Assembly: GCA_025060395.1 (NCBI GenBank) | Contig: JANXCC010000001.1 | Location: 42,538-106,537, forward strand | Length of the DNA: 64,000 nt | Direction: 5' to 3' | Origin: Candidatus Bipolaricaulota bacterium | GTDB lineage: Bacteria; Bipolaricaulota; Bipolaricaulia; RBG-16-55-9; DRXL01 | Shown: piece after piece, positions 18,176 to 28,166 of the stretch | Position numbering within the stretch: position 1 is the first letter of the stretch | Layout of the letters: every line of letters begins with the position of its first letter | The notes under the pieces: generated by a model | Told to the model about the DNA's origin: nothing | Seen by the model: only the letters and a program-made list of their open reading frames with translations | Databases searched by the model: none | Made by a program: the position numbers and the translations under genes

Positions 18176-19348
18176 TTAGATCACGCCTGCGGCGCGACGG
18201 AGCAGCTCGGCCTTGTCGGTGCGTTCCCAGGGGACACCCAGATCGACACGCCCCATATGCCCATAAGCCGCGAGGGGCGTATAGATGGGGCGGCGCAAGT
18301 TGAGGTGCTCGATGATCGCCGCGGGGCGGAAGTCAAAATGTCTCTCGACGATTTGAGCGAGCTCACCGTTGGAGAGTTTTCCGCTCCCAAATGTATCGAT
18401 GGTGATGGCCAGAGGTCGGGGCTGCCCGATGGCATAAGCAACTTGGACTTCACACTCCGAAGCCAATCCCGCTGCCACGATATTCTTTGCAACGTAACGG
18501 GCGTAATAGCTTGCCGAACGGTCAACCTTAGTAGGGTCTTTGCCGGAGAAGGCGCCGCCACCGTGACTGCCGTAGCCGCCGTAGGTGTCGACTTCGATCT
18601 TACGTCCGGTCATGCCGGTGTCGCCGCAGGGCCCACCGATCTCAAACCGCCCCGACGGATTGACTAGAAGAACCGTGCGGGAGTCGAGCCAAGGGCCAAG
18701 CACGGGGCGAATGATCAGTTCCGTCAGATCGTGTCGGATCTGCTCTTGAGAGACGTCCCCGTCGTGTTGAGCGGAGAGCACGACGGTGTGCGCTCGGACT
18801 GGATGGCCCTTCTCGTCGTACTCGATAGTGACCTGAGATTTGCCATCGGGGCGTAGGTAGGGGAGCCTCCTGCTGCGGCGCAGCTCCGCGAGCTTCCGTA
18901 CTAACTGATGTGCGAGCATGATGGGCAGAGGCATGAGCTCCGGCGTCTCTCGACAGGCATAGCCGTACATGATCCCCTGGTCGCCAGCGCCGATGGCATC
19001 ATACGGGTCCTCTGAGGACTTCTTGATCACAGCTTGGGCAATGTCCGGCGACTGCTCGTGAATCGAGACAAGCACCCCGCAGTGATCGGCATCGAAACCG
19101 TATTCGGGTCTATCGTAGCCGATCCTCCTGATAGTCTCCCGAGCGATCTTAGCGTAGTCGACGCGAGCCGTGGTTGTGATCTCCCCAGCGATTAAGACTA
19201 AGCCGTTGGTGGTGAATGTCTCACATGCGACGCGCGCGTACGGATCTTGGGAGAGGATGGCATCGAGGATCGCATCGGAGATCGCGTCGCACATCTTATC
19301 TGGATGTCCTTCAGCTACCGACTCGGACGTGAACAGATAACTGCTCAT
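18176..19348 (-). CDS. metK: S-adenosylmethionine synthetase
   Basis: [35 protein letters not shown]. Confidence 0.98.
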   Translation of the reverse strand: MSSYLFTSESVAEGHPDKMCDAISDAILDAILSQDPYARVACETFTTNGLVLIAGEITTTARVDYAKIARETIRRIGYDRPEYGFDADHCGVLVSIHEQSPDIAQAVIKKSSEDPYDAIGAGDQGIMYGYACRETPELMPLPIMLAHQLVRKLAELRRSRRLPYLRPDGKSQVTIEYDEKGHPVRAHTVVLSAQHDGDVSQEQIRHDLTELIIRPVLGPWLDSRTVLLVNPSGRFEIGGPCGDTGMTGRKIEVDTYGGYGSHGGGAFSGKDPTKVDRSASYYARYVAKNIVAAGLASECEVQVAYAIGQPRPLAITIDTFGSGKLSNGELAQIVERHFDFRPAAIIEHLNLRRPIYTPLAAYGHMGRVDLGVPWERTDKAELLRRAAGVI

Positions 19349-19456
19349 GAGCTTCCTCCCCTTCACAGGAGCGCTTCTTCTTGGAGAAGGCCTGACGTGC
19401 TGGCTGGATTATAACACGTCCCTTGAGCCTCAGCCAGTTGTAGGGTAAGATAAGCG

Positions 19457-20254
19457 ATGCTGCCGTTTATACTCTTGGGGATTCTGCAGGGGCTCACAGA
19501 GTTTCTGCCCATCAGCAGCTCTGGGCATCTGGCGTTAGCTGAACAACTCCTTGGGGTTCGCACACCTGGGATCGTCTTTGAGATCTTTGTACACTTTGGG
19601 ACGTTGCTGTCGGTGGTGTGGGTCTTTAGAGAGAGAATCTTGCGGATAGTCCTTGCGCCCGTGGGGGGGGGGACGGAGCTCAGGCTTTTAGGGATCTTGA
19701 TCGTTGGTTCGATCCCAACAGGGGTTTTAGGGCTGGCTTTGGATTCTGTGGCTGAGGCAGCGTTTGTGCGGAGCTGGGCTGTGGGGCTGGGGTTGCTCAT
19801 CACCGCGGGTGTGCTGACTCTCGTCGAGCGTCGCGATAGTATCCAGGCAAAATCGCTCGATCAGCTGAGCTGGCGCGATGCGCTCTGGATCGGGCTGGCT
19901 CAAGGGATTGCGGTCCTACCGGGGATCTCTCGCAGCGGCAGCACAATTGCGATGGGGCTTCTCTGTGGGTTGCGTCGCCAAGATGCAGCAGAATTCTCGT
20001 TTTTGCTCTTCATCCCCGCGATATTGGGGGCCACGCTGCTGAAGCTCGCTGAAGCGCTCTCTGAACCGACAGTGCACAGCGCCCTGTGGGGCGGCTACCT
20101 TGCTGGGACGGCCGTCGCGTTGTTATCGGGCGTGATCGCGATTCGCTTCTTGATGAAGTACTTACGTGAGCGCTCCTTGACGCCCTTTGCGATCTATTGC
20201 GCTCTCCTTGGGCTTCTGGCCGTGTTATGGAGTATAGCGCGCTCGAACGCATAG
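19457..20254 (+). CDS. uppP: undecaprenyl-diphosphate phosphatase
   Basis: QGLTEFLPISSSGH, PGISRSGST. Confidence 0.95.
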   Translation: MLPFILLGILQGLTEFLPISSSGHLALAEQLLGVRTPGIVFEIFVHFGTLLSVVWVFRERILRIVLAPVGGGTELRLLGILIVGSIPTGVLGLALDSVAEAAFVRSWAVGLGLLITAGVLTLVERRDSIQAKSLDQLSWRDALWIGLAQGIAVLPGISRSGSTIAMGLLCGLRRQDAAEFSFLLFIPAILGATLLKLAEALSEPTVHSALWGGYLAGTAVALLSGVIAIRFLMKYLRERSLTPFAIYCALLGLLAVLWSIARSNA

Positions 20255-21633
20255 GCAACGCGCAGGAGCTTGCTCTCTTGAAATGCATTCGCGATGAGCT
20301 GGATCCCGAAGGGTAGGCCCTCTACTCTTCCCCCAGGGACGGAGATCGCCGGAAGGCCCGCCAAGCTCGCGGGCACAGTGAAGATATCTGAGAGATACAT
20401 GGCTAAGGGATCTTTTAGGCGCTCGCCGAGCTTAAACGCCGGCGTCGGCGAGGTCGGTGAGATGAGAATATCGACTTTCTGAAAAGCGCTCTCAAAGTCT
20501 TGACGAATGAGCGCTCGGACCCTCTGGGCCTTCCCGTACCAAGCTTCGTAGTAGCCGGCGCTGAGCGCGTACGTCCCGATCATGATTCTGCGTTTGACTT
20601 CGGGGCCAAACCCCTGACTTCGACTCTCCGCAAACATCGCGTCGACGGAGCTCTCACTCATGCGCTTGGTGTAACGCACCCCGTCAAAACGTGCCAAGTT
20701 TGCGCTGGCCTCCGACGACGAGATCAGATAATACGCGGGAATTGCATACTCGGTGTGGGGCAACGAGAGTTCTAGGATCTGCGCGCCAAGTTCACGAAAG
20801 ATTGCTATCCATGACTCGACGCACACTTTAGCCTGTCCCGAAAGCTCGACAATATATTCTCTAGGTACCCCAATGCGAAAGCCCTTGATCTCTTGACCGA
20901 GCTCTCGTGTATAGTCTTCAGGCGGGCGCTGGACGCTCGTTGAGTCGTTGTGGTCATGCCCAGCGATATAATTTAATAAGAGTGCGCAGTCGTACACGTC
21001 CTTGGTCATCGGGCCGATTTGATCGAGAGAGCTTGCAAACGCGACCAAGCCGTAGCGCGAGACCAGCCCGTAGGTGGGCTTGAGCCCTACGATCCCGCAA
21101 AACGCAGCGGGCTGGCGGATGGAACCGCCTGTGTCAGATCCCAGGGCGCAGATCGCTTCGTGAGCTGCGACGGCGGCCGCCGAGCCCCCCGATGATCCCC
21201 CAGGAACTCGCTCTAGATCATGGGGATTGCGTGTAGGGAAGAACGCGCTGTTCTCGGTAGACGAGCCCATCGCAAATTCATCTAGATTCGTCTTGCCCAA
21301 GATCGTCGCGCCGGCGTCCTTCAGTCTCTTTATAACTGTGGCGTCGAAGATCGGCTGGAAGTTCTCTAAAAAACGCGAAGCGCAGGTCGTCTTGAGCTCC
21401 TTGGTCACGATATTGTCTTTGACGGCGATGGGTATCCCCTTGAGGGGCTTATCGCACAAGCGCTCGCATTCTGCAAGCAGGCGCTCTTGAGGCGCTACCG
21501 AGATATAGGCTCGAATCTGAGGTTCTCTCTCGGCAATCGCAGCATAGAGATCGCTGATGACGTCGCGGGGTTGGATCTCGTTCTTCTCGATGAGGGCAAG
21601 CAGTTCATGTAAAGGCTTCTCGTTGAGATTCAT
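20194..21633 (-). CDS. gatA: Asp/Glu-tRNA amidotransferase subunit A
   Basis: KTNLDEFAMGSSTENS, PGGSSGGS, GSDTGGSIRQP, EVKRRIMIG; the longer ORF start runs through the tRNA, so the start was moved to MNLNEK. Confidence 0.95.
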   Translation of the reverse strand: MNLNEKPLHELLALIEKNEIQPRDVISDLYAAIAEREPQIRAYISVAPQERLLAECERLCDKPLKGIPIAVKDNIVTKELKTTCASRFLENFQPIFDATVIKRLKDAGATILGKTNLDEFAMGSSTENSAFFPTRNPHDLERVPGGSSGGSAAAVAAHEAICALGSDTGGSIRQPAAFCGIVGLKPTYGLVSRYGLVAFASSLDQIGPMTKDVYDCALLLNYIAGHDHNDSTSVQRPPEDYTRELGQEIKGFRIGVPREYIVELSGQAKVCVESWIAIFRELGAQILELSLPHTEYAIPAYYLISSSEASANLARFDGVRYTKRMSESSVDAMFAESRSQGFGPEVKRRIMIGTYALSAGYYEAWYGKAQRVRALIRQDFESAFQKVDILISPTSPTPAFKLGERLKDPLAMYLSDIFTVPASLAGLPAISVPGGRVEGLPFGIQLIANAFQESKLLRVAYAFERAILHNTARSPRRAQ

Positions 21634-21637
21634 AACG

Positions 21638-21672
21638 AAAAAAGCTCCCAGCTCCTCGCGCAACTGAGAACT
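21638..21672 (-). terminator. terminator after tRNA-Leu
   Basis: AGTTCTCAGTT/AGCTGGGAGCT stem followed by a T run on the minus strand. Confidence 0.6.
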
Positions 21673-21690
21673 CACACTCATCGTGTGTCG

Positions 21691-21776
21691 TGCCGAGGGA
21701 GGGATTTGAACCCTCACGGGATGAAACTCCCCTACGGTCCTGAGCCGTAGGCGTCTGCCAATTCCGCCACCTCGGC
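21691..21776 (-). tRNA. tRNA-Leu(CAG); CCA not encoded
   Basis: GCCGAGG acceptor stem, anticodon loop CTCAGGA, long variable arm, GGTTCAAATCC T-arm. Confidence 0.95.
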
Positions 21777-21810
21777 CTATATTTCTGCCAGCTATTGGCT
21801 GGCAAAGGAT

Positions 21811-21839
21811 ATTGTACTGTGGCCGATTTGGCTTGTCAA
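21811..21839 (-). promoter_or_regulatory. tRNA-Leu promoter
   Basis: TTGACA-17nt-TACAAT. Confidence 0.8.
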
Positions 21840-21864
21840 CCGATTTCACGCTATACTGATCTTT

Positions 21865-22758
21865 ATGGGCGACGAATGCTTTGTCATTGTCAATCTGCTG
21901 GCGGGGCGGGGGCGATGTCGGCGACTCTGGCCCGCGATTAAGCACGCCTTGCAGCACTCTAAGCTTTCATTTCGCTATGCTTTCACTGAGGCTCCCGGAG
22001 CAGCGATCGCCGTTGCTCAGCGCGTTGCGCGAGATTTTCCGACCGTCGTCGCCGTCGGTGGAGACGGCACGATCCACGAGGTTGCTACGGGCTTAATGGG
22101 TACTTCCGCAAAGCTTGGGATCATTCCTGCAGGCACAGGAAATGATTTCGTCAAGATGCTCGGCATCCCTCCCAAGGATCCGTTGGGGGCTATTCCCATC
22201 CTGGAAGCGGGACACACGAAGCGTGTAGACGTTGGTCGTGTGGGTGAGCGCTACTTTGTCAACGGGCTTGGGCTCGGCTTGGATGGAGCGGTGGCCTGGC
22301 GAGTCTTTCACAGCTGGCGCTGGCCCTGGCTTGCTCACTGGATCTATCTCTATGCTGCTGTGCGGGAGGCCCTCTTCTTCCGAAGCAGCACGCTCTCTGT
22401 CTCCGCTCCAAGCTGGGAGTGCTCCGGCACGCTCATGATGCTTGGCGTGTGTAATGGGCGGTACCTTGCCGGCGATTTTCGGCTCGCGCCGCATGCCGAG
22501 ATCGATGATGGGCTCTTTGATGTCTATCTGATCGCAGACATGCCCCCATTGAGGAGAATCTTGCAGATTCCCAAGGCACGTCGTGGGGAGCATCTTAGGC
22601 TTCCGGAGGTGCAACTCCACCGTGCTCCATGGGTCGAGATCTCTTCAAAAAGCCCGCTCTTGGGACATCTCGATGGGGAGCCTATAGAGTTTCCTCCAGG
22701 GAAGCTTCGCGTTGAGCTGCTGCCCAAAGCACTAGAAGTGATCGTACGCTGCTCGTGA
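21865..22758 (+). CDS. diacylglycerol/lipid kinase family (YegS/BmrU)
   Basis: AVGGDGT, PAGTGNDF, DDGLFD, LDGE. Confidence 0.9.
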   Translation: MGDECFVIVNLLAGRGRCRRLWPAIKHALQHSKLSFRYAFTEAPGAAIAVAQRVARDFPTVVAVGGDGTIHEVATGLMGTSAKLGIIPAGTGNDFVKMLGIPPKDPLGAIPILEAGHTKRVDVGRVGERYFVNGLGLGLDGAVAWRVFHSWRWPWLAHWIYLYAAVREALFFRSSTLSVSAPSWECSGTLMMLGVCNGRYLAGDFRLAPHAEIDDGLFDVYLIADMPPLRRILQIPKARRGEHLRLPEVQLHRAPWVEISSKSPLLGHLDGEPIEFPPGKLRVELLPKALEVIVRCS

Positions 22759-22814
22759 GCTTGATTTTCGCTGACTGAAGGCTAGCGAGGGTGTACAATC
22801 CAGACGGAGTCTAG

Positions 22815-22889
22815 TGGAGCGGGCGACGGGATTCGAACCCGCGACACCCGGCTTGGGAAGCCGGTACTCTACCGCTGAGCTACGCCCGC
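22815..22889 (-). tRNA. tRNA-Gly(CCC)
   Basis: GCGGGCG acceptor stem, anticodon loop TTCCCAA, GGTTCGAATCC, encoded CCA. Confidence 0.96.
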
Positions 22890-22900
22890 GTAGCTGATTT

Positions 22901-22929
22901 ATTATAGACACCCTTGGGTTGCTTGTCAA
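22901..22929 (-). promoter_or_regulatory. tRNA-Gly promoter
   Basis: Perfect TTGACA-17nt-TATAAT. Confidence 0.85.
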
Positions 22930-22956
22930 TACCCCCTTGCTTACAATTATAACCCC

Positions 22957-24453
22957 ATGCGTATTCTTATTCGGTTCTCTGGGGAGATCACGGTGAAGAA
23001 ACGCCGCACGCGCGCCCGCTTCTTAGAACGCTTGGCTATGAACGTCCAGGATGCCCTGCAGACGACAGAGATGCCCTTTACTTTCTTAGATGAGGGCAAT
23101 CGCTTCCTAGTAGACTCAGACTCCCCTCATGCTTTGGCGCTCTTATCTTGTATCTTTGGGGTGCAGTCGCTCTCGATTGTCGAGCGTCGCTCGTTCAAGA
23201 TGCTCGACGATATTCTCAAAGCTGGCACAGAGCTCTATAGCTCTGCTGTTGCTGGGAAGCGCTTTGCCGTGCGCGCGCGACGTCTTCTCCAAGGGCGGCA
23301 TCTCCCGTTCTCGTCGCTCGATATCGAGCGTGAGCTTGGGGCAGCTTTGCGCCCCTACGCCGCTGGAGTCAATTTAGAGAGCCCTGAGATCACGATCTTT
23401 GTCGAGGTTCGAGCTCATGAAGCTGATTTCTTCACCGAGAAGCTCGCTGGGCCTGGGGGATTGCCTTTAGGCACCGCGGGTAGGAGCATCGCGCTGCTTT
23501 CGGGGGGATTCGATTCGGCGGTTGCCAGTTGGCTGATGCTCAAGCGCGGCGTCGCTTTAGATTATCTCTTTTGTCGGCTGGGAGGCAGTCTTCACGAGCA
23601 CGGCGCCCTCCAGGTCGCAAAGGTACTCGCCGATCGCTGGAGCTATGGGAGCTTTCCCAAACTCTATTCGGTCAATTTTGAGCCAATTGTCGCACATATC
23701 CAGCAGCGCGTGCACCCCTGCTATTGGCAAGTGATCTTAAAGCGCTTCATGTACCGGGCTGCCGAGCGCTGCGCCCGACGGTTCCATCTCCTTGGGATCG
23801 TCACCGGAGAGTCTATCGGGCAAGTCTCGTCACAGACCTTGCAGAACTTAGCCGTGATCTCCCAAGCGACAGCTCTACCCCTGTGGCGCCCTCTGATTGG
23901 GCTTAACAAAGACGAGATCATTGCTCTGGCGCGCCGCATCGGCACGTATGAGTACTCTGCAGCCGTCGCGGAGTATTGTGCGATCTTGCCCAAGCGTCCC
24001 GTGACGGCAGCATCGCTCTCTGACGTGCTCGCTGAAGAAGAGAAGCTCGATATGGAGGTTCTCGATCGGGCTCTCGAGGAGATGCGCGTCTACGATCTGC
24101 GGCGCGTAGTGCTCAGCGAGCTAGAGCTTCCTGCCATAGAGATCGAGGAGATCCCTGATGGTGCTGTCGTCGTCGACCTGAGATCGCCGCAGAGCTATCG
24201 CGCATGGCACTATCCCGGGGCGATCTTCAAAGACTTCTTGACTGCTCTTAAAGAGTACCCAGCGTGGGACAGAACGAAGGTCTATGTGCTCTACTGCGAG
24301 CTGGGGCTCAAGAGCGCTCATTTAGCTGAGCAGATGCGCCAGGCAGGATTCCAAGCGTTTCACTTTAAGGGGGGATGGTCCAAGCTTGTGCAGTATGCGT
24401 TGGAGCGCGGGCTGATTCCCCCAGAGATCTTGCCCTCCAGCGCCTGGGCTTAG
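22957..24453 (+). CDS. thiI: tRNA 4-thiouridine synthase with C-terminal rhodanese domain
   Basis: THUMP domain, LLSGGFDS PP-loop, TGESIGQVSSQT, rhodanese LYCELG. Confidence 0.93.
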   Translation: MRILIRFSGEITVKKRRTRARFLERLAMNVQDALQTTEMPFTFLDEGNRFLVDSDSPHALALLSCIFGVQSLSIVERRSFKMLDDILKAGTELYSSAVAGKRFAVRARRLLQGRHLPFSSLDIERELGAALRPYAAGVNLESPEITIFVEVRAHEADFFTEKLAGPGGLPLGTAGRSIALLSGGFDSAVASWLMLKRGVALDYLFCRLGGSLHEHGALQVAKVLADRWSYGSFPKLYSVNFEPIVAHIQQRVHPCYWQVILKRFMYRAAERCARRFHLLGIVTGESIGQVSSQTLQNLAVISQATALPLWRPLIGLNKDEIIALARRIGTYEYSAAVAEYCAILPKRPVTAASLSDVLAEEEKLDMEVLDRALEEMRVYDLRRVVLSELELPAIEIEEIPDGAVVVDLRSPQSYRAWHYPGAIFKDFLTALKEYPAWDRTKVYVLYCELGLKSAHLAEQMRQAGFQAFHFKGGWSKLVQYALERGLIPPEILPSSAWA

Positions 24454-25613
24454 GATTTTTTAAGTATTTCTATGGGCAGGAGCCTGCGGCCCCCAATGAA
24501 TTCTAGCGCCGCTCCGCCGCCCGTCGAACAGTAGATATTCTTTGCATGAGCTAAACCCGCTTGATGCAGAGCTGCCGCTGTATCCCCGCCACCGATGATC
24601 GCAAACGCTTCGGATGCTGCGATAGCCTGAGCAACGGCGCGCGTGCCCGCATCATAGGGAGGCTCTTCAAACTTGCCCAACGGGCCAGCCCAGACAATCG
24701 TCTTGGCACGCCTCACTTGCTCTTGGAAGAGCCTGATCGTCTGTGGGCCGATGTCCCATGCCTGCCAACCATCGGGAATCGCATCCGCGGGCACCAGAGC
24801 GCGCTCGCCCCCACGCCCCACGTGCGCATCCACAGGCAGAATTAGCTCTGTCTCTGGAACGCGCTGCAGAAACTGACGCGCCTCGTCGAGCATCTTCTCG
24901 TCGACCAGAGAGCTGCCCACACGGCCCCCTCGAGCTTTGATCACGGTAAACGCCACCGCACCTCCAATCAAAAAGGCCTCGACCTTCCCGAGGAGATCTT
25001 TGAGCACCCCGATCTTGTCGGAGAGCTTCGCACCCCCAACGATAGCAATGAATGGTCGTGCCGGGTTCTCTGTGGCGCGGCTGAGCATAGTGACCTCGCG
25101 CTCAAGCAGCAGCCCTGCCGCTGCCGGTAGAAACTTCGCTACCCCATAAGTGCTCGCATGCGCCCGATGCGCCGCGCCAAACGCATCGTTCACATAACAG
25201 TCTGCAAGCCGAGCCAGCTCTCTCGCAAACCCTTCGTCATTGGCTTCTTCTTGGGGGTAGAACCGCACGTTCTCTAGGAGAACTATATCTCCGGGCCGCA
25301 TTTGGGAGAGAACGCGAGAGACCTCTGGCCCAATACAGTCGTTGAGTTTGGTGACGGGACGACCGAGAAGCTCTGCGAGGCGTCGGGCTATAGGATCGAG
25401 GCGCAGTTCTGGGACGACCTTGCCAGCAGGCCGCCCCAAGTGTGAGAGTAAAATAATCTTCGCCTGGTGGGTAAGCAGATACTCTAGAGTAGGGAGGCTC
25501 TCACGGAGGCGTGCGTCATCGAGAATCCGTTCCCCTTGCAAGGGGACGTTATAGTCGACTCGAACCAGGACGCGCCTTCCTGCGACCTCAAGGTCGCGTA
25601 GAGTCCTTAGCAT
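24450..25613 (-). CDS. pgk: phosphoglycerate kinase
   Basis: RVDYNVP, SHLGRP, NDAFGAAHRAHAS, STGGGA. Confidence 0.97.
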   Translation of the reverse strand: MLRTLRDLEVAGRRVLVRVDYNVPLQGERILDDARLRESLPTLEYLLTHQAKIILLSHLGRPAGKVVPELRLDPIARRLAELLGRPVTKLNDCIGPEVSRVLSQMRPGDIVLLENVRFYPQEEANDEGFARELARLADCYVNDAFGAAHRAHASTYGVAKFLPAAAGLLLEREVTMLSRATENPARPFIAIVGGAKLSDKIGVLKDLLGKVEAFLIGGAVAFTVIKARGGRVGSSLVDEKMLDEARQFLQRVPETELILPVDAHVGRGGERALVPADAIPDGWQAWDIGPQTIRLFQEQVRRAKTIVWAGPLGKFEEPPYDAGTRAVAQAIAASEAFAIIGGGDTAAALHQAGLAHAKNIYCSTGGGAALEFIGGRRLLPIEILKKS

Positions 25614-25615
25614 CC

Positions 25616-26134
25616 CTAGACTCCGCCTTCGGAGACGAATCTCTTGAAGTCAGCGAGCCTCATCTCACTCTCGACAAAAGTCCGAAAGCGATCTGGAGAG
25701 AAGTCTTTGGAATCTCGCTCGTCCTCGAGAATGGGCATCTCCACGGCGGCCACTTGGAAGACTTCCTCGGAGACGTAGATTGGACTCCCCAATCTCAGAG
25801 CGATCGCAATCGAGTCCGAAGGCCGTGCGTCGATCTCGATGGTCTTGCCCAAGTGGTCCCGGATATGTAGCGTGGCAAAGTAGGTCGAGTCTTGAATGCT
25901 ATCGATGACCACCATGTCGAGATCTCCTCCAAGGCCCTTGAGGATCGCTTTGATCAAGTCGTGAGCGAGAGGGCGGGGGAACTCGCGCTGATGGAGGACC
26001 ATGGCGATAGAGGTGGCTTCAGGCTGCCCGATCCAGACAGGCACAACCTTGTTCGACTGTAGATCGCGCAGCAGCAGCACCGGCATGTTCTGCGTCGGAT
26101 CCATCACCAGCGCCTTGACTTCGACTTCACGCAT
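25616..26134 (-). CDS. bifunctional nuclease family (DUF151)
   Basis: PVWIGQPEA, RPLAHDL, IDARPSDSIAIA. Confidence 0.92.
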   Translation of the reverse strand: MREVEVKALVMDPTQNMPVLLLRDLQSNKVVPVWIGQPEATSIAMVLHQREFPRPLAHDLIKAILKGLGGDLDMVVIDSIQDSTYFATLHIRDHLGKTIEIDARPSDSIAIALRLGSPIYVSEEVFQVAAVEMPILEDERDSKDFSPDRFRTFVESEMRLADFKRFVSEGGV

Positions 26135-26281
26135 GGCATAACCTCCTCTCAGGCTTCTCTGGCCACGCTGATTATAACACGCTTGCCTGCCTTTGACAAA
26201 ATGGTGTAGATCACTCTCCTACCTTGGCGATGAGAGAGAGGATCTTGTCAGGCTATATCTTATTCAGATATACTAACTTGC

Positions 26282-28114
26282 ATGTGCGGGATCGTAGGCT
26301 ATGTGGGGCAGCGTCCGGCCAAAGAGCTCTTACTTGAGGCCCTCAAGCACTTGGAATATCGTGGCTATGATTCCGCAGGGATCGCCCTTCTGGAAGGCAA
26401 TCAGCTCTTCTTAGCTAAGCGTGCCGGGAAGGTGAGTGAGCTCGCTGAACTTGTCAGCAAGAAGAGCTCCCAGGCTACTGTCGGGCTGGGACACACCCGC
26501 TGGGCTACTCATGGCCCACCAACTGACTCGAATGCCCACCCCCACTGCGATTGTCACCAGAAGATCGCAGTCATCCATAACGGGATTATAGAGAACTACC
26601 TGCCCTTCAAGGAGGAGCTGCAGGCCCGCGGCCATCTCTTTCGCTCGCAAACTGACTCCGAAGTCATCGCCCATCTCATTGAAGAACACTATGATGGGAC
26701 CAATCTCCTGGAAGCCGTAAAGCGAGCGCTGCACCCGTTGCGCGGTGCTTATGCCATTGCTGTACTAGCTGCCGACTCGCCCGATGAAGTCGTGGTGGCA
26801 CGTCAAGGCAGCCCGCTTGTGCTTGGCTTGGGCCAGAACGAGAATTTCGCGGCTTCAGATATCCCCACCCTGCTTGCCTTCACCAAGACCGTAGTCTTTC
26901 TCAATGACGGCGAATTGGCTGTGCTCCGTCGCCACGGAGTTGAGCTCGTTGACCGCGAGGGTCGGCAAATCTATCGAGAACCCCAGCAGATCGAGTGGAA
27001 CGCAGTTACGGCATACAAGCAAGGCTACAAACACTTTATGCTCAAGGAGATTCATGAGCAGCCCCTTGCTTTCGCTAACACTCTACAAAATCGCTATGAA
27101 CTAGGGACAGGCAGAATCATACTCCCTGAATTGCACACCCTAACCGATAAGATCCACCAAGTCCAGATGGTCTACCTGACCGCGATGGGGACGGCCTACT
27201 ATGCCGGGTTGGTAGCCAAATATTTGTGGCGCGAGTTCTTTAAGATCCCCATTGCCGTAGAACTTGCCTCAGAGTTTCGCTACAGCAAGCCTTATCTTGA
27301 CGAACATACGCTCGTCATAGCGATCTCGCAGTCTGGGGAGACGGCCGATACCCTGGGAGCTGTTCGCGAAGCCCGCGCGCGCGGCGCTCCCGTCATCGCG
27401 ATAGTCAACGTCGCGGGAGCCACGCTAACCCGTGAGTCGGACGCGACGCTCTACACCCACGCCGGTCCAGAGATCAGCGTTGCCTCGACGAAGGCATTCG
27501 TCGCACAATTAGCCGCGCTCAATCTCTTGGGATTCTTTATTGCTCAGCAGCGGGGCTGGCTCTCCACCGGGCAGACGCGCCCAGCCATCGAGAGCATGGC
27601 CCGTGGACCGACGCTCATCGAACAGCTCCTACAGAAAGAGCATGAGATCGCACGGCTTGCCCAAATCTTCTACGAAAAAGAGCACTTTCTCTTTCTCGGC
27701 AGAGATCTCCTCTACCCCATCGCTCTTGAGGGGGCGCTCAAGCTCAAAGAGATCTCGTATATCCATGCCGAGGGCTACGCCGCTGGGGAGCTCAAGCACG
27801 GCCCTATCGCGCTTATCGACGCTCAGATGCCCACCGTCGTGCTCGTCACCAAAGAGAGCGTTTATGAGAAAGTCTTCTCAAATATTGAGGAAGTCAAAGC
27901 GCGGCGAGGCATCGTCATCACCGTGACGGACTCTCTCAACAGAGAGATCGAGCACGTCTCGGACTTTATTATAGAAATTCCCCAGAGCTCACGGTGGCTC
28001 GTGCCGATATTGTTTGTCGTGCCGTTGCAGCTCTTTGCGTATCATATAGCAGACCTGCGGGGCACCGATATAGATCAGCCGAGAAATCTAGCCAAGAGCG
28101 TCACCGTGGAGTAA
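26282..28114 (+). CDS. glmS: glutamine--fructose-6-phosphate transaminase
   Basis: MCGIVG, HTRWATHG, QSGETADT, QPRNLAKSVTVE. Confidence 0.98.
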   Translation: MCGIVGYVGQRPAKELLLEALKHLEYRGYDSAGIALLEGNQLFLAKRAGKVSELAELVSKKSSQATVGLGHTRWATHGPPTDSNAHPHCDCHQKIAVIHNGIIENYLPFKEELQARGHLFRSQTDSEVIAHLIEEHYDGTNLLEAVKRALHPLRGAYAIAVLAADSPDEVVVARQGSPLVLGLGQNENFAASDIPTLLAFTKTVVFLNDGELAVLRRHGVELVDREGRQIYREPQQIEWNAVTAYKQGYKHFMLKEIHEQPLAFANTLQNRYELGTGRIILPELHTLTDKIHQVQMVYLTAMGTAYYAGLVAKYLWREFFKIPIAVELASEFRYSKPYLDEHTLVIAISQSGETADTLGAVREARARGAPVIAIVNVAGATLTRESDATLYTHAGPEISVASTKAFVAQLAALNLLGFFIAQQRGWLSTGQTRPAIESMARGPTLIEQLLQKEHEIARLAQIFYEKEHFLFLGRDLLYPIALEGALKLKEISYIHAEGYAAGELKHGPIALIDAQMPTVVLVTKESVYEKVFSNIEEVKARRGIVITVTDSLNREIEHVSDFIIEIPQSSRWLVPILFVVPLQLFAYHIADLRGTDIDQPRNLAKSVTVE

Positions 28115-28166
28115 GAGCCCCCAAGCCCTTTCCTGTGTCAGGGGTGAGGGAAAGGAGGCAAGCTGT

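Noticed and set aside
19349-19456. Possible SAM riboswitch before metK
   Set aside because: Short divergent intergenic region with no S-box motifs.
21634-21957. N-terminal extension of the 587-aa gatA ORF
   Set aside because: It runs through tRNA-Leu and its promoter; GatA similarity starts near MNLNEK.
26135-26281. Possible glmS ribozyme
   Set aside because: No ribozyme core is visible and the promoter abuts the start codon.
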